A DNA stretch of 49,631 bases. It comes from Stramenopiles sp. TOSAG23-2. Its lineage: Eukaryota. The DNA lies in assembly GCA_900128395.1 (NCBI GenBank), contig LT649272.1, positions 1-49,631 on the forward strand, read 5' to 3'. Below the pieces are notes generated by a model that worked only from the letters and a program-made list of their open reading frames with translations, was not told the DNA's origin and did no database searches. Position numbers and translations under genes: made by a program. Every line of letters begins with the position of its first letter. Position 1 is the first letter of the stretch. Shown here in pieces: positions 1 through 10,844 of the stretch.

Positions 1-329
1 AAAAGTGCACTTTTGTGCACAAAAAAGTAATTTTTAAAATATTTGTGTATAGTAATAGTATAAAATTTATCCTATGTGTAAAATGGCTGGTCTGATCTTT
101 TTGGCTGCCATTTAAATATTATCATATATGATATGTGATCATATTTATTTTCAAATTTAATAAAATATACGGCTGGTATAATATTAATATACTTCGTAAA
201 AAAATTATTTTTAGAAGTATGCATTAAATATATATTAATATGCATACGGTTCCTGCTGGTTTGTTTGCGTAAAAATAACATTTTAAATATTAATATAATA
301 TCGGATCTGAATATCATACGTTGTTTGAT

Positions 330-843
330 TTATTCTTTGCTCATTGTAGTGCCTCTTACAGGGGCATACGTTCCAGTTGGACAAGGCACGCATTGTCCCC
401 AACCCTCTACTGCTTTAAATTTTCCTTTGTCGCATGTCCTACATTTTTGCGGGAGATTTTCATCAAAAGTGTATCCTATTCGTTGTAATAATTTCAAGTA
501 CGGAGAAAATGTTGTTAGTACTTTTGTTTCATTACAGAAAGATTGATAGAGAAGAAAATAGAATAGAAATGACACATACCTTTTGCACATTTTTTACAGA
601 TTCCATCTAAATAAAAATATTCCGAATCGCATACACAATCTGCAATACTGCTTGCTGATTTGTTCCTTAATGTAGTTGCATGCTGAGGGCAAGCACCTTC
701 ACACTCAACACTCAAACCTTTCCCCGTGGAAGCGTATCTACCGAGTGGACATTTTGATTGAAATTTCGTTGCTGTGCCAGCAACGCAATAATGCCCTTCC
801 GGACAAACGCCTGTACAATCTGAGTTTTGCCCATTGCCATAAA
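330..843 (-). CDS. Cys-rich repeat (GCC2/GCC3, ephrin-receptor-like) protein, last two exons; 5' end not found, possibly a truncated gene
   Basis: Exons 843-580 and 475-330 are joined by intron 579-476 (GTATGT...TACTAAC...TAG). The spliced product reads ...CTGVCPEGHYCVAGT...CPLGRYAST...SIADCVCDSEYFYLDGICKKCAKGYT...CRTCDKGKFK...QCVPCPTGTY..., the typical CPxGxY pattern. An acceptor TTCTTAG ends at 844, but I found no convincing upstream exon. Confidence 0.65.
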
Positions 844-1441
844 CTAAGAAATATATATATATATATATATATATTGGTAATAAGTTTGGAGCAATAATTT
901 GAAATGATCTTTGTTGTTTGTTTGTTTTAAATATGTGTGTCGATCCTCGTTTCTATAAATATATTGTAACATACTATCGATGTATTTGCTTATTATTGCA
1001 CGTGCTTTCTATTCATTTAATTTTTCATCATACGGATGTTAATGATATTCCCATCGTATTCCATTTGATATGGCCGCATGATTTTGATGCACACATTTTT
1101 GTTTTACTCGTATTATTTATAAAAATAGGTTCTAGAATTAACGAGTTTTGTAACTAACATCCTCCAAGTCACATTAACACAGCACAGCAGCACTCCCCTC
1201 CATAGCAACAGCACAGCATACGAGAGAAGAACACAATAAACTCCTTAAAAAAAAAGTAAAATAAATTTACAACAAGAATATGATAATTCATACTTAAATT
1301 TAATTCAAAGGCACTATATACATACATTTTTTACATTTTTACATTTTACTTTTACTATACCTGGTATAGTACCTCAAAAATATCAGCTCTATTCGCGTAC
1401 ACTTTCTGTCACGATATACTACATCATTTCGTTGAAAATTT

Positions 1442-4400
1442 CTAAACCCCTTTGTCAACTAAATAATTACCGCTCGACATAACATTTGATCCACTTTTTC
1501 TCAAGATGTTGTTACTACTACTACGTTGTTGTTTTTTCGCTTTAAGCATGTTTGTATGTTTTTGACTATAACCACCACCACCACCTCCATTAATATTATT
1601 ATTGGCCATTTGTTGTTGATGTCGTTGTGTTGCTTGCCATGAAATGGGAGAACCTGCACTTGCATCTAGATCAGTACGTTTAAACTCTTTCCATCTGGGT
1701 CCTTCTTCTTTAATTTTTATATCTTTTGAGCTTGCATATACAGAAACATCTTTAATTGGTACTGGTGCTCTATTTCTCCATGGATTTTTTCCTTTTGGAC
1801 CATTATTCGTAAGTTTTTTACCTAGCATTAGATTCGTATCACGTAAAATTGGGGATGAAACAGATTTTTGCAATGGGCCGCCTAAATGACCTTTTTTAAA
1901 TAAATTCAATGTACGTTCATTTGCAGGTCGTAGATATACATTATCACCAGGAACAAACGAAGGTGCTTCAATTCTTTTTGCTTGCTCAAATAAAACTTGT
2001 AAACTATCATTACGATTCCTAGCTCCTAATTCATGCTCTGCTTTTTCTATCATTTCTGGACTTAACATTGGTTTTGGGGGTCTTAAACTGTGTAATATAT
2101 AATAACATCATGTTAGTTATTTGAATGGGTATATATAAATATATATATATATATATAGTATATCGTTAAATGTCAATGTAAAATATGTATATATAATTTG
2201 GTAAATTTTCATGCTAATTAATAAAACGCACTCATTGTATAAGAATTTTTTCGAAACTCTACTAGAACTAGATGATGTCGATGAAACATTTCTAGATGCT
2301 ACTAAACCACGACTATATGTAAATATTTATATATATAAGAGACACACACGGAATTAAAAAGAAAAATAATGGAACAAAACCAGAATGCATATGTTAAAAG
2401 TCATATGCATAACAGCATTATTATCGTCCGAAAAGGTTGGTAAATAGATTGCATAATGAGTAATAGATATATATATGTACAGATTTGTTATAACTTACCG
2501 TCTTGGTACTCGAACTGGCGACATAACTGTTGCACCGACAGATGCACCAACTTCTTCCATATAAGTACGATGCATTTGATACATTCTTAATTTATCACGT
2601 TGATATTGTTTTTCATCTTCAACAACTTTTTTAGCTTTCATTTTTTGACGCCTTATTCTTTCTTTAGTTTCACGTGCTATATCACTATGCCTTCTATTTT
2701 CTTTAAATGCATTCATTTCCGCTTCAACTTTGTCTACAACATGTTCTTCATTTTCCTTTCTTGCTTCTTCTATTTCCATCTGTTTTGCTTTTGCCATATA
2801 TGTTTTTTTTATTTGTCGATTTAAACGCTTTACAATTTTTTGATGTCCTAACTCTGCTAGACCTTGTTTTTCAATCAATTTCCGTTTCCTTTCAATTTCT
2901 ACTTTTTCCTTTGCTTTTTCTTCTGCTAATAATTTCTTTTTCTTCCTTTCTGCAATACGTTTTCGTGCTAAAGCACGAGCTCGTCGCGAGGCAACAGAAT
3001 TTGTTTTCGATTGCACGGCACGTTGAGTTAATAACTCAGAATCTGCAAGTTTCTTCTGTTCCACAGCGGCTTTTCGTGCCTTTTCAATTTGCATAATGCG
3101 TTTAATTGCAGCTGCACGTTCTCTATCTGCTTCTTTCTTACCACGTTGCACACGCAATTGATATTCTATTTGTCGACGTTCCTTAGCAGTTAAATTTGCA
3201 TTACTTTGAGAATCATTTAACAACTGTTCCGCATCAACGGATGATTTATTTGAATCCCTTAATATCTGGTACAATTCTTTATATTCAACACTACCAGAAT
3301 GATCACGATCAAATGTATTCCATAGATTTTTCATTTCACCACGTGATAATTCCATTCCTATGTTTCTTAAACCGATAGCAAGTTCTTTCTTTGTCAAAAC
3401 ACCATCATTATCTGAATCCATCGAACGGAACATATCAATTACACGAGTTAAATTCAATTGTAACAATTCACGGACACGAGAAAAAACGTTGTGTAATGGA
3501 TCATTTTCTTCGTTTTCCTCGGCTCCTTCTTTCCCCCCTCCTGTTTTATTAACGTTGTCCTTATTATCATCATTACGTTTATTAGCATCTTTACCTTTCA
3601 TTTTATCACTGGCAACAGTTTTCCCATTGTTTTGCTTGCTACGACGTATTGGTATTCGTTTTCTGTTGCTATTACTATTATTATTATTATTGCGAACACC
3701 AGTACCTCTCCTTCTGTTATTATTTTCAACATTAATTCCCCAGCTATTATTTAATTTTTGAACATTATCACCTTGAGCTCTAACACGTTTAATTTCAGCG
3801 ATTTCTTGCTCTGGTGACAACGGTGTTACCATGCTAGATGATGGTGGCGGCACATTACCACCATCACCTTGCTTACCACGTTTTGGACTTCGTTTTCTAT
3901 TATTATTGTTATTATTTGATTTTTTTCTACCATATATTCTGTTTCCACGTGAATTTCTACCACCACGTCGTCGTCCACGACCTTTTCCTTCTTTCATATT
4001 CTTAAAATCGTTTTGCATTGCATCTAATTTCCCTTGTACATCATCTAAACTTAAATTATCTGGTGGAGGAGGCAAACGCGCAAATATACGTCCTTTCTCG
4101 TCTCTTTCTAACAATGGAGTTGTTTTCGGTGATGATTCATCATTAAAATCTTTAATTGGAGTGCCAACTGGTAATAATTTCATTTTCAATACATGTAATT
4201 TTTGACTTCTAGTAAGTTCTCGTGGTGGTGTAAGTGGTGGTGGAGGTGGTATATACATATTTTCGATTCCTTGTAAATTATGCTGTTTTTCTTCTGTAGT
4301 ATTATTGTTTACATTGTTTTCATTGCCTATTCTTACATTGTTTTCATTGCCTATTCTTGCTTCTACAACTTTTTGATTTTGTTCTTCATTTTTACCTTCC

Positions 4401-5569
4401 TCCAATGAAGTATTTGTATTATCTTTATTTTGGTCTTCTTCTCCCTGTTGTTGTTTCTCCTCTATTATTAAATTATTTACTATATTAATGTTGCCATTAT
4501 CAACGGCTATCATCAACCATGTTTTACGACTTTTTTTAGCAAAATAATTTACATATTCACGTACTGTGTAACAAGCATTGCCTATTTTTGCTTCTACAAC
4601 TTTTTGATTTTGTTCTTCATTTTTACCTTCCTCCAATGTAGTATTTGTATTATCTTTATTTTGGTCTTCTTCTCCCTGTTGTTGTTTCTCCTCTTTTCCT
4701 TCTGCTTTTGATTCTGCATTTTCCTTTTGTTCCGCGATATTTTCTTCATCTTTTTTCTCTAAAGCACCGATCTCCCCTGGTTCCTCTTTGCCTTCCTGAT
4801 TATCTTTTGCTTCTACAGTATTTGTATTATCTTTATTTTGGTCTTCTTCTCCCTGTTGTTGTTTCTCCTCTTTTCCTTCTGCTTTTGATTCTGCATTTTC
4901 CTTTTGTTCCGCGATATTTTCTTCATCTTTTTTCTCTAAAGCACCGATCTCCCCTGGTTCCTCTTTGCCTCCCTGATTATCTTTTGCTTCTACATCATCG
5001 TTGGCACCATCGTTTTCTTCTTCTTCCTCTTCTTTAGCTTCATCCTTTTTTGTATCCTCTTGTCCTTCAATGACAGCACCATCTTCGACTTTTCCAGCTC
5101 CTTCTTCCTTTTTTTCTTCAGATGCATTTCCCCCATCTTTGTCTTTTTCTACATTCGCAGCATCTCCAACCTTTGCTTCTTCTTCATCATCCTTGCCATT
5201 TTCATCTCCCTTTTTACCTTTTTCTTCTTCTTCCTTTTCCACTGCATCTTCTGCTTCTTTACCTTCTTCTTCTTCCTCTTTTTCCACTACATCTTCTTTT
5301 TCGTTATCACCATCTTCCATCTTCGATTCATTTATTTTTCCTTCGATATTACCAGTATCTTCTTTTCCCCCTGCATCTTCATCTATTTCTTCATTTTTAT
5401 CAGCATTATCATTTACAATTTCTATTGTCTTTTCATTATTTTCTATATTTTCTTCTTCTTCCTGTACATCATCCATATCATCATTTTCTTGTTCTTTTAT
5501 TTCCCCAACTTTTGCGTTCATATCCTCTAACTTGGAGTCTAAATTGTTTACATCCAATGCTTCCGCCAT
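1442..5569 (-). CDS. Large acidic, EF-hand and coiled-coil protein (~1265 aa, 3 exons)
   Basis: Exons 5569-2499, 2312-2232 and 2087-1442. Introns 2498-2313 (GTAAGT..TAG) and 2231-2088 (GTGCGT..CTAAC..CAG) join ORF 2495..5569 in frame to ORF 1442..2068 (...VPRR-RGLVASRN...FLYND-LRPPKPMLSPE). Two EF-hand loops (DSDNDGVLTKKE, DRDHSGSVEYKE), Glu/Lys-rich N-terminus, basic coiled coil. Confidence 0.85.
4311..4994. repeat. Nested in-frame coding duplications (2x177 bp, 2x119 bp around a 112-bp filler, 2x24 bp)
   Basis: 4640-4817 is repeated at 4817-4994 (1 substitution); 4345-4463 is repeated at 4576-4694 (2 substitutions); ACATTGTTTTCATTGCCTATTCTT occurs at 4311 and 4335. Confidence 0.95.
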
Positions 5570-5816
5570 TTTATCTATCTATATATATATTACAAACAAA
5601 GTAATGCTCTCTTCTACTACTTTTATATATATATATGAAACCAGGTAAATCTTCAAACTGTTCCAAGTTATATAAAACAATAATTATGTCCGCCATTTTA
5701 TCTATCTATATATATATTACAAACAAAGTAATGCTCTCTTCTACTACTTTTATATATATATATGAAACCAGGTAAATCTTCAAACTGTTCCAAGTTATAT
5801 AAAACAATAATTATGT
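5562..5816. repeat. 127-bp tandem duplication covering the start codon and upstream region of the EF-hand gene
   Basis: TCCGCCATTTTA...ACAATAATTATG begins at 5562 and again at 5689. The copies differ at two positions in the TA/TC tract. Confidence 0.95.
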
Positions 5817-6148
5817 TACAATATGGATTTTATATACCATCCTCTTACTGATCTCTTTCCATCATCAATTATTATCGATATATATTCTTACTGGCAATAA
5901 TACAATATTTCTAACGTCTTCTTTTTCATCGATTCAACTTTTCAATCTTTTGTAAGTCACCCGTCAACGACATAATGTTTAAGGTTTTTCACTTTTTTTT
6001 AAATGCACAAAAACAACAAATATACACGTATAAAATTTAATACGTAATCTGGTAATCATCACCATAAAATATTTTTTAAAATTATACAACGTATCCCCAC
6101 ACATGAGTCTGACGACGCAGACTACCCCACACACAAGATAATTTTTTA

Positions 6149-7210
6149 TTACCACAATTTATTTGTACCACCAGATAAATATGTTCGTAATGCATCATCA
6201 AATACTTTTTTCGCTTTCCCTTTGACTTGATTAAATTCCAATTGTTCACCATCAGGCCCTTTACAATAAGCCAATGACCAACCTTGAAAATCACCACTTT
6301 TTACTTCAAAACTATTGTCTGTTACTGGGATACCTTTAACATCCGCATGCCCATTTACCCCTATTTTTACAGGAACTAAGCGATTGCATATTACTTCATT
6401 ATACCCTTGTTGATGAGCCGATTTTTCTAGCGCAACGACAAATTCATTTAAGTTTTTTTCTGGTCGTACATTAAATGATATATGCATATTTCCTGCAACA
6501 GATGGAGCTACATTTGATTCTGAAAACTTTGGAAATAGCGATCGTTGCAATACAGCTTCATCAGAATGATAATCTAATAATTCAATTATCATAGATCCAA
6601 ATGATATATAACGAGCATCCAATGAGCTTGATCCACTTTTAGATAAATCTGCCGCAAACGATGCAGCCACTCCACCACGAACTAAAGCTGCTTGCATTAA
6701 TAATTGATAAACATCATCACCTTTCCAACCATCTCCTCCAGCATTTAATACTTCTACCCCACCCATTACGTTTGTATAAAAAGCTACAGATTTTGTTAAA
6801 TTTGATGTTGTTACTCCAACGTGTTGAATTGCTTGTGGTAATATCCAATTACCTAATGATCCTGGTCGAACAAGATTTTTCACACCTTCGGTGCATCCTT
6901 TATAACAATTTTTAAAACATATATTTTCTTTCTCCATTGTAATACAAACTGGTTCACATAATGCAATGCATGTTTTATCGTTATATTTTAATTCATTAGT
7001 GTTGCCAAATATACAATCTTTAAAGCATATAAGAATAACTGAAATAAATATAAGTATCAGTGATATTGCAAAATGATATGGTATTTTCGAGACGACTTTA
7101 TTATTATCTTTTGAAACATCGTTTTCCTCGTCAGTTCCAAAAATCTCAAGTGATTTTGATTGAACTCTTTTTTGTTGTGTTAAAAACGCTTCATTCAAAC
7201 CATCATTCAT
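6149..7210 (-). CDS. VOC (glyoxalase/bleomycin-resistance) superfamily protein with N-terminal TM helix and Cys-rich linker
   Basis: Motifs IQHVGVTTSNLTKSVAFY, IELLDY, MHISFNV and LAYCKGPDGEQLEF carry the His/Glu metal ligands of VOC proteins. First ATG is at 7210 (the track start at 7273 is TTG). TM segment: FAISLILIFISVILICF. Confidence 0.85.
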   Translation of the reverse strand: MNDGLNEAFLTQQKRVQSKSLEIFGTDEENDVSKDNNKVVSKIPYHFAISLILIFISVILICFKDCIFGNTNELKYNDKTCIALCEPVCITMEKENICFKNCYKGCTEGVKNLVRPGSLGNWILPQAIQHVGVTTSNLTKSVAFYTNVMGGVEVLNAGGDGWKGDDVYQLLMQAALVRGGVAASFAADLSKSGSSSLDARYISFGSMIIELLDYHSDEAVLQRSLFPKFSESNVAPSVAGNMHISFNVRPEKNLNEFVVALEKSAHQQGYNEVICNRLVPVKIGVNGHADVKGIPVTDNSFEVKSGDFQGWSLAYCKGPDGEQLEFNQVKGKAKKVFDDALRTYLSGGTNKLW

Positions 7211-8591
7211 TTTTAAAAAATGTAGACGACGACGGCTAATTATATTAATAAATAGGATAGCAAAAATGTGCAATGATTATTAATAATTGATTATTATTAT
7301 TATTCAACTAGAATAAGAACTATATATATATAGCACTATATAATCGTTTTCAAGTTTTTGGATAATAATATATTGTCTGGTTGTATCTTTATTAGTCGAC
7401 GAGTAAGGCCTCGTCTTCTTTATATTTATTATTATTATAATATTTTCTCTTTTTTTTTCAACAAACAATTTCAAGTTTAAGGTTTTTCTAACAGGCAAAT
7501 AGCTACAGGTGTTGGTGTTGGCTACCCTATAAAATACACTAAAAATGGACATAGTCGTCGTAGTCGTAGTAGTTGTTCTTTGATATATACTAGGTATAAA
7601 AATACACGTAAAATCAGTAAAACAAATTGAAAAGATAGGTTGCGATATTTTTTCTTTCCTACTTACGCGTGTCTTTTAGTGCAGGTGTTGGGGTTAGATT
7701 TGTAGGTCGAAATGTCAAATTTTTTAATCTCCAATTTGTCAGGTTTTGTTGATATACGATTCGAATTGCTTCATTAATAGCCAAAATTAATATTTTTTGA
7801 AAAAGTGATATATTATATTAAATAGACAGTGATTATGATTGTTAGGTAAAATTTTTACTCTCAACTATTTATACAATAGTCGCGTTTGAGGCTAATGCAG
7901 TTTCATTGCTGATTACCTCTTTCTTTGCAGGGAAGATATCACTTCACTGGACGATTACAAATCGTTTTTTTTTTCGCGGATACATCCCTGTACATGATCA
8001 ATTATCAACAGTTGATTATTTTTCCGGTCCCAATTACCAGGTCTACTATTATTATTCTGCAGCACACTTTTATTTTTTTTCACATTATAAACTAATGTTT
8101 TTACAGTTGTTGGTGTTTTTCTAAAAGTTACATTATCTGGTTTACGTATGGTTATATTTACAGATAACAAAGCAGATACATCAACCAAACTTTTAATTAT
8201 TGTTCTTGGATGCATTCTTTCCACTCCATCATTCGTTGTATGTGATTCATAATGCAGTATTAATAAAAGAAAATCTGAAAAAAGAATTATCAAAACCAAT
8301 ACAAACAGATCAAGATGATTTAATAGTAGTAAGCCAAACAGCATTAACCCATCTAATATCTAGTTGTGGTAGGTGTAGTTGTGGTATAAATGTACATCAT
8401 GAAAGTCAAATCAGGGCACTTCATATCACATATACCAATACATTTAATAATTTACCAAGTGAGTTACAGTACAAAAACAAGTACAACAGAAGACTGATGA
8501 AGAAAAATTAAAAATATTAGGAAAAGGCTAGTAATGGCGGTAGTAATAAAGGCAGTGACTACAACTAAAAAACGAGAAGCGACAGCAAACA

Positions 8592-8738
8592 ATGATGCAT
8601 AAAGCAGACGAAATATTAACGGAGCTACAAGGATCAGAATACTACAGTATCGGAGATATGAGAAGTGGATTTTGGCAGATAAATGTAGCACCAGAAGATA
8701 CAGGTATAGAAAAGACCGCATGCATCACACCAAAAGGT
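8592..8738 (+). mobile_element. Degenerate Ty3/Gypsy-type reverse transcriptase fragment
   Basis: DEILTELQGSEYYSIGDMRSGFWQINVAPED..EKTACITPKG matches the LTR-retrotransposon RT consensus (IDELL..L.G..YFS.LDL.SGFWQI.V..ED.EKTAF.TP.G). Similarity stops after TPKG; no YxDD and no LTR seen. Confidence 0.8.
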
Positions 8739-9035
8739 ACAAGCATACACACACATATGGCACGACGTGTATCCATACTGTATAGTTTTATTTATTTAGC
8801 ATTGACACAGCAACCACTTCAAAAAGATATGTGTTGTGGTGCCAAGAATATATGTTGGATATACGAGAGAGAAAACTGAAAAGAGTGTGAGAGGAGAGGA
8901 GAGTAAATGATAGAAATATTCATTCAAGAAAAAATTAGCCAATACGAACAATAATATAACCATTTATATTCTTTTTCTTTAAAAAAACAGCACAATCTTT
9001 CTTTTTTTTTCAATATAAAAGCTTTTGATATATAT

Positions 9036-9273
9036 AAAAAATTCTTAGGTACAGTGTTGATTATTATATATTTAATTTAAAATTTCATACATATATTAGG
9101 ATATCAAGATACATTATTATAATAAAAATCATGTCATCCGTCGTAGCACAACAAAAAAAATTCTTAGGTACAGTGTTGATTATTATATATTTAATTTAAA
9201 ATTTCATACATATATTAGGATATCAAGATACATTATTATAATAAAAATCATGTCATCCGTCGTAGCACAACAA
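9036..9273. repeat. Perfect 119-bp tandem duplication of the upstream region plus first 8 codons of the RidA gene
   Basis: 9036-9154 equals 9155-9273; ATGTCATCCGTCGTAGCACAACAA occurs at 9131 and 9250. Confidence 0.97.
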
Positions 9274-10443
9274 TCAATACGTAAAGTGACAATAAGCAAT
9301 TCAAAAGGTATGCCACCATATTCACCTGCATGCCTTTTAGATGATAAATATGTCTTTATTTCAGGCCAAGTTGCACTTGATCCAAATGCAACTGGACCGA
9401 AAGTATTAGTCGGTGGAGATGATGTTGGAGCACAAGCAACACAAGTTTTGAAAAATGTATCAGCATTATTAGCACAGTCTGGCTCAAGTTGGGGTTCAGC
9501 ATGTTTTGTTCAAATTTTCCTTACTGATATTTCAAACTATGGTGCATTAAATACTGCATATGAAGCAGCATTGCAAGGAGTGGACAAACCGCCGACCAGA
9601 GCATGCTTTGCAGTCAAACGATTACCACGTGGTGCATTGTGTGAGATTGAATGCATTGCTTTGAAAGATGGATCTAGTAGTAGAGAGACAATACCGGGGA
9701 ATAAATTATTTAGCAAAGCAGTTATCACGGATGACCTCGTTTTTGTTGCTGGGCAATTAGCATTGGATCCATCTAGTGGTACAAAAGAATTGGTATCGAA
9801 AGGTGATCCAGCTGGTGAAGCACGCCAAGCATTGAAAAACGTACAATCTATATTGGAAGCATCTGGGTCATCATTGGATAATGTAGTTAAAGTGACTGTT
9901 TTATTGAATTCTATTGAATCATATGCTGCAGTCAATGAAGCATATAAAGAATTTTTTAAATCTAATCCACCTGCAAGAGCTGCATTTGAAGTAAAACAAT
10001 TGCCTTTAAGTGGCGAGGTAGAGATATATTGTACTGCAGTGAAAAACAATGGAGTACGTAATATCATCGCTGGACGCAGTGCAGTGCCGGTGTATTCACC
10101 AGCTATTATTGCAACAGAGAAAAAAGTTATTTTTGTCTCTGGTCAAGTTGCATTAAATCCAGAAAATACTACTTCAAAAGAATTAGTTGGTGGAGACGAT
10201 GTAGCAAAGCAAGCGACGCAAGCAATTTCAAATTTAAAAAAAGTATTGGAAAGTAGTGGAACCACATTAGGGAATGTATGTAAAGTGAATATATTTATTA
10301 TGAACATGGATGATTATGGTAAAATTAATGAAGTATATATTAATTTTTTTGGCAAGGAAAAATTACCAGCACGTGCAGTTGTTCAAGTTGCAAACTTGCC
10401 ATTAGGTGCATTGGTAGAATTGGAATGTGTTGCATGTTGTTAA
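9250..10443 (+). CDS. RidA/YjgF/YER057c/UK114 family protein with three tandem domains
   Basis: Three repeats of YSPA/FSKA..VF(I/V)(S/A)GQ.ALxP..QA..N...L..SG....V.(I/V).L.....Y...N..Y....P(T/A)R....V..LP....E(I/L).C.A. The conserved Arg is present in all three (PTR, PAR, PAR). Confidence 0.95.
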   Translation: MSSVVAQQSIRKVTISNSKGMPPYSPACLLDDKYVFISGQVALDPNATGPKVLVGGDDVGAQATQVLKNVSALLAQSGSSWGSACFVQIFLTDISNYGALNTAYEAALQGVDKPPTRACFAVKRLPRGALCEIECIALKDGSSSRETIPGNKLFSKAVITDDLVFVAGQLALDPSSGTKELVSKGDPAGEARQALKNVQSILEASGSSLDNVVKVTVLLNSIESYAAVNEAYKEFFKSNPPARAAFEVKQLPLSGEVEIYCTAVKNNGVRNIIAGRSAVPVYSPAIIATEKKVIFVSGQVALNPENTTSKELVGGDDVAKQATQAISNLKKVLESSGTTLGNVCKVNIFIMNMDDYGKINEVYINFFGKEKLPARAVVQVANLPLGALVELECVACC

Positions 10444-10844
10444 ATATATCTAGTATCATAGAGTGAGATATAGTTAATCATTAAAGCTGATATGCGCTGG
10501 TGCGCGCGTGTGGCATGTACCGATGTGTGTGTATTTCTTACGTATAAAAATGGCGTATTTGTGTGGAGAGAGAAACCCCAAAAGATATAGTATAATATTA
10601 GAAAATTAATATACATATATTATGATACGAACCCCGGTTGATATGATCATATATATATCAACACACTAGTGTGAGATACGATGTCGTAGAATTATTTCAC
10701 ACAGAGGTATTGTATTCTTTTGAAGAGTAGGAATTATCATGCCGGCATGAGTAAATTAAAACAATAAATTATGCGTAAATTAATTATATACTCGTACGAA
10801 GTAATATTTTTATTGATACTCGTAATTACACGTCGTATTTTTTT

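Noticed and set aside
1-24. Overlapping GTGCAC-centred palindromes at the window start
   Set aside because: Short and cut by the window edge; cannot be interpreted.
2495-2498. Stop codon ending the 1024-aa ORF, and ORF 1442..2068 as a separate gene
   Set aside because: The TAA lies inside a GTAAGT splice donor, and two introns join both ORFs in frame.
4645-5648. Plus-strand Phe/Leu/Ser-rich ORFs, and similar antisense ORFs over ABCC, myosin, RidA and others
   Set aside because: Shadow frames opposite purine-rich real genes; no independent support.
8592-9273. RT next to a direct repeat as a retron- or DGR-like system
   Set aside because: The RT is a ~50-aa Gypsy-type remnant without YxDD, and the 119-bp repeat is an identical host duplication with no adenine-specific variation.
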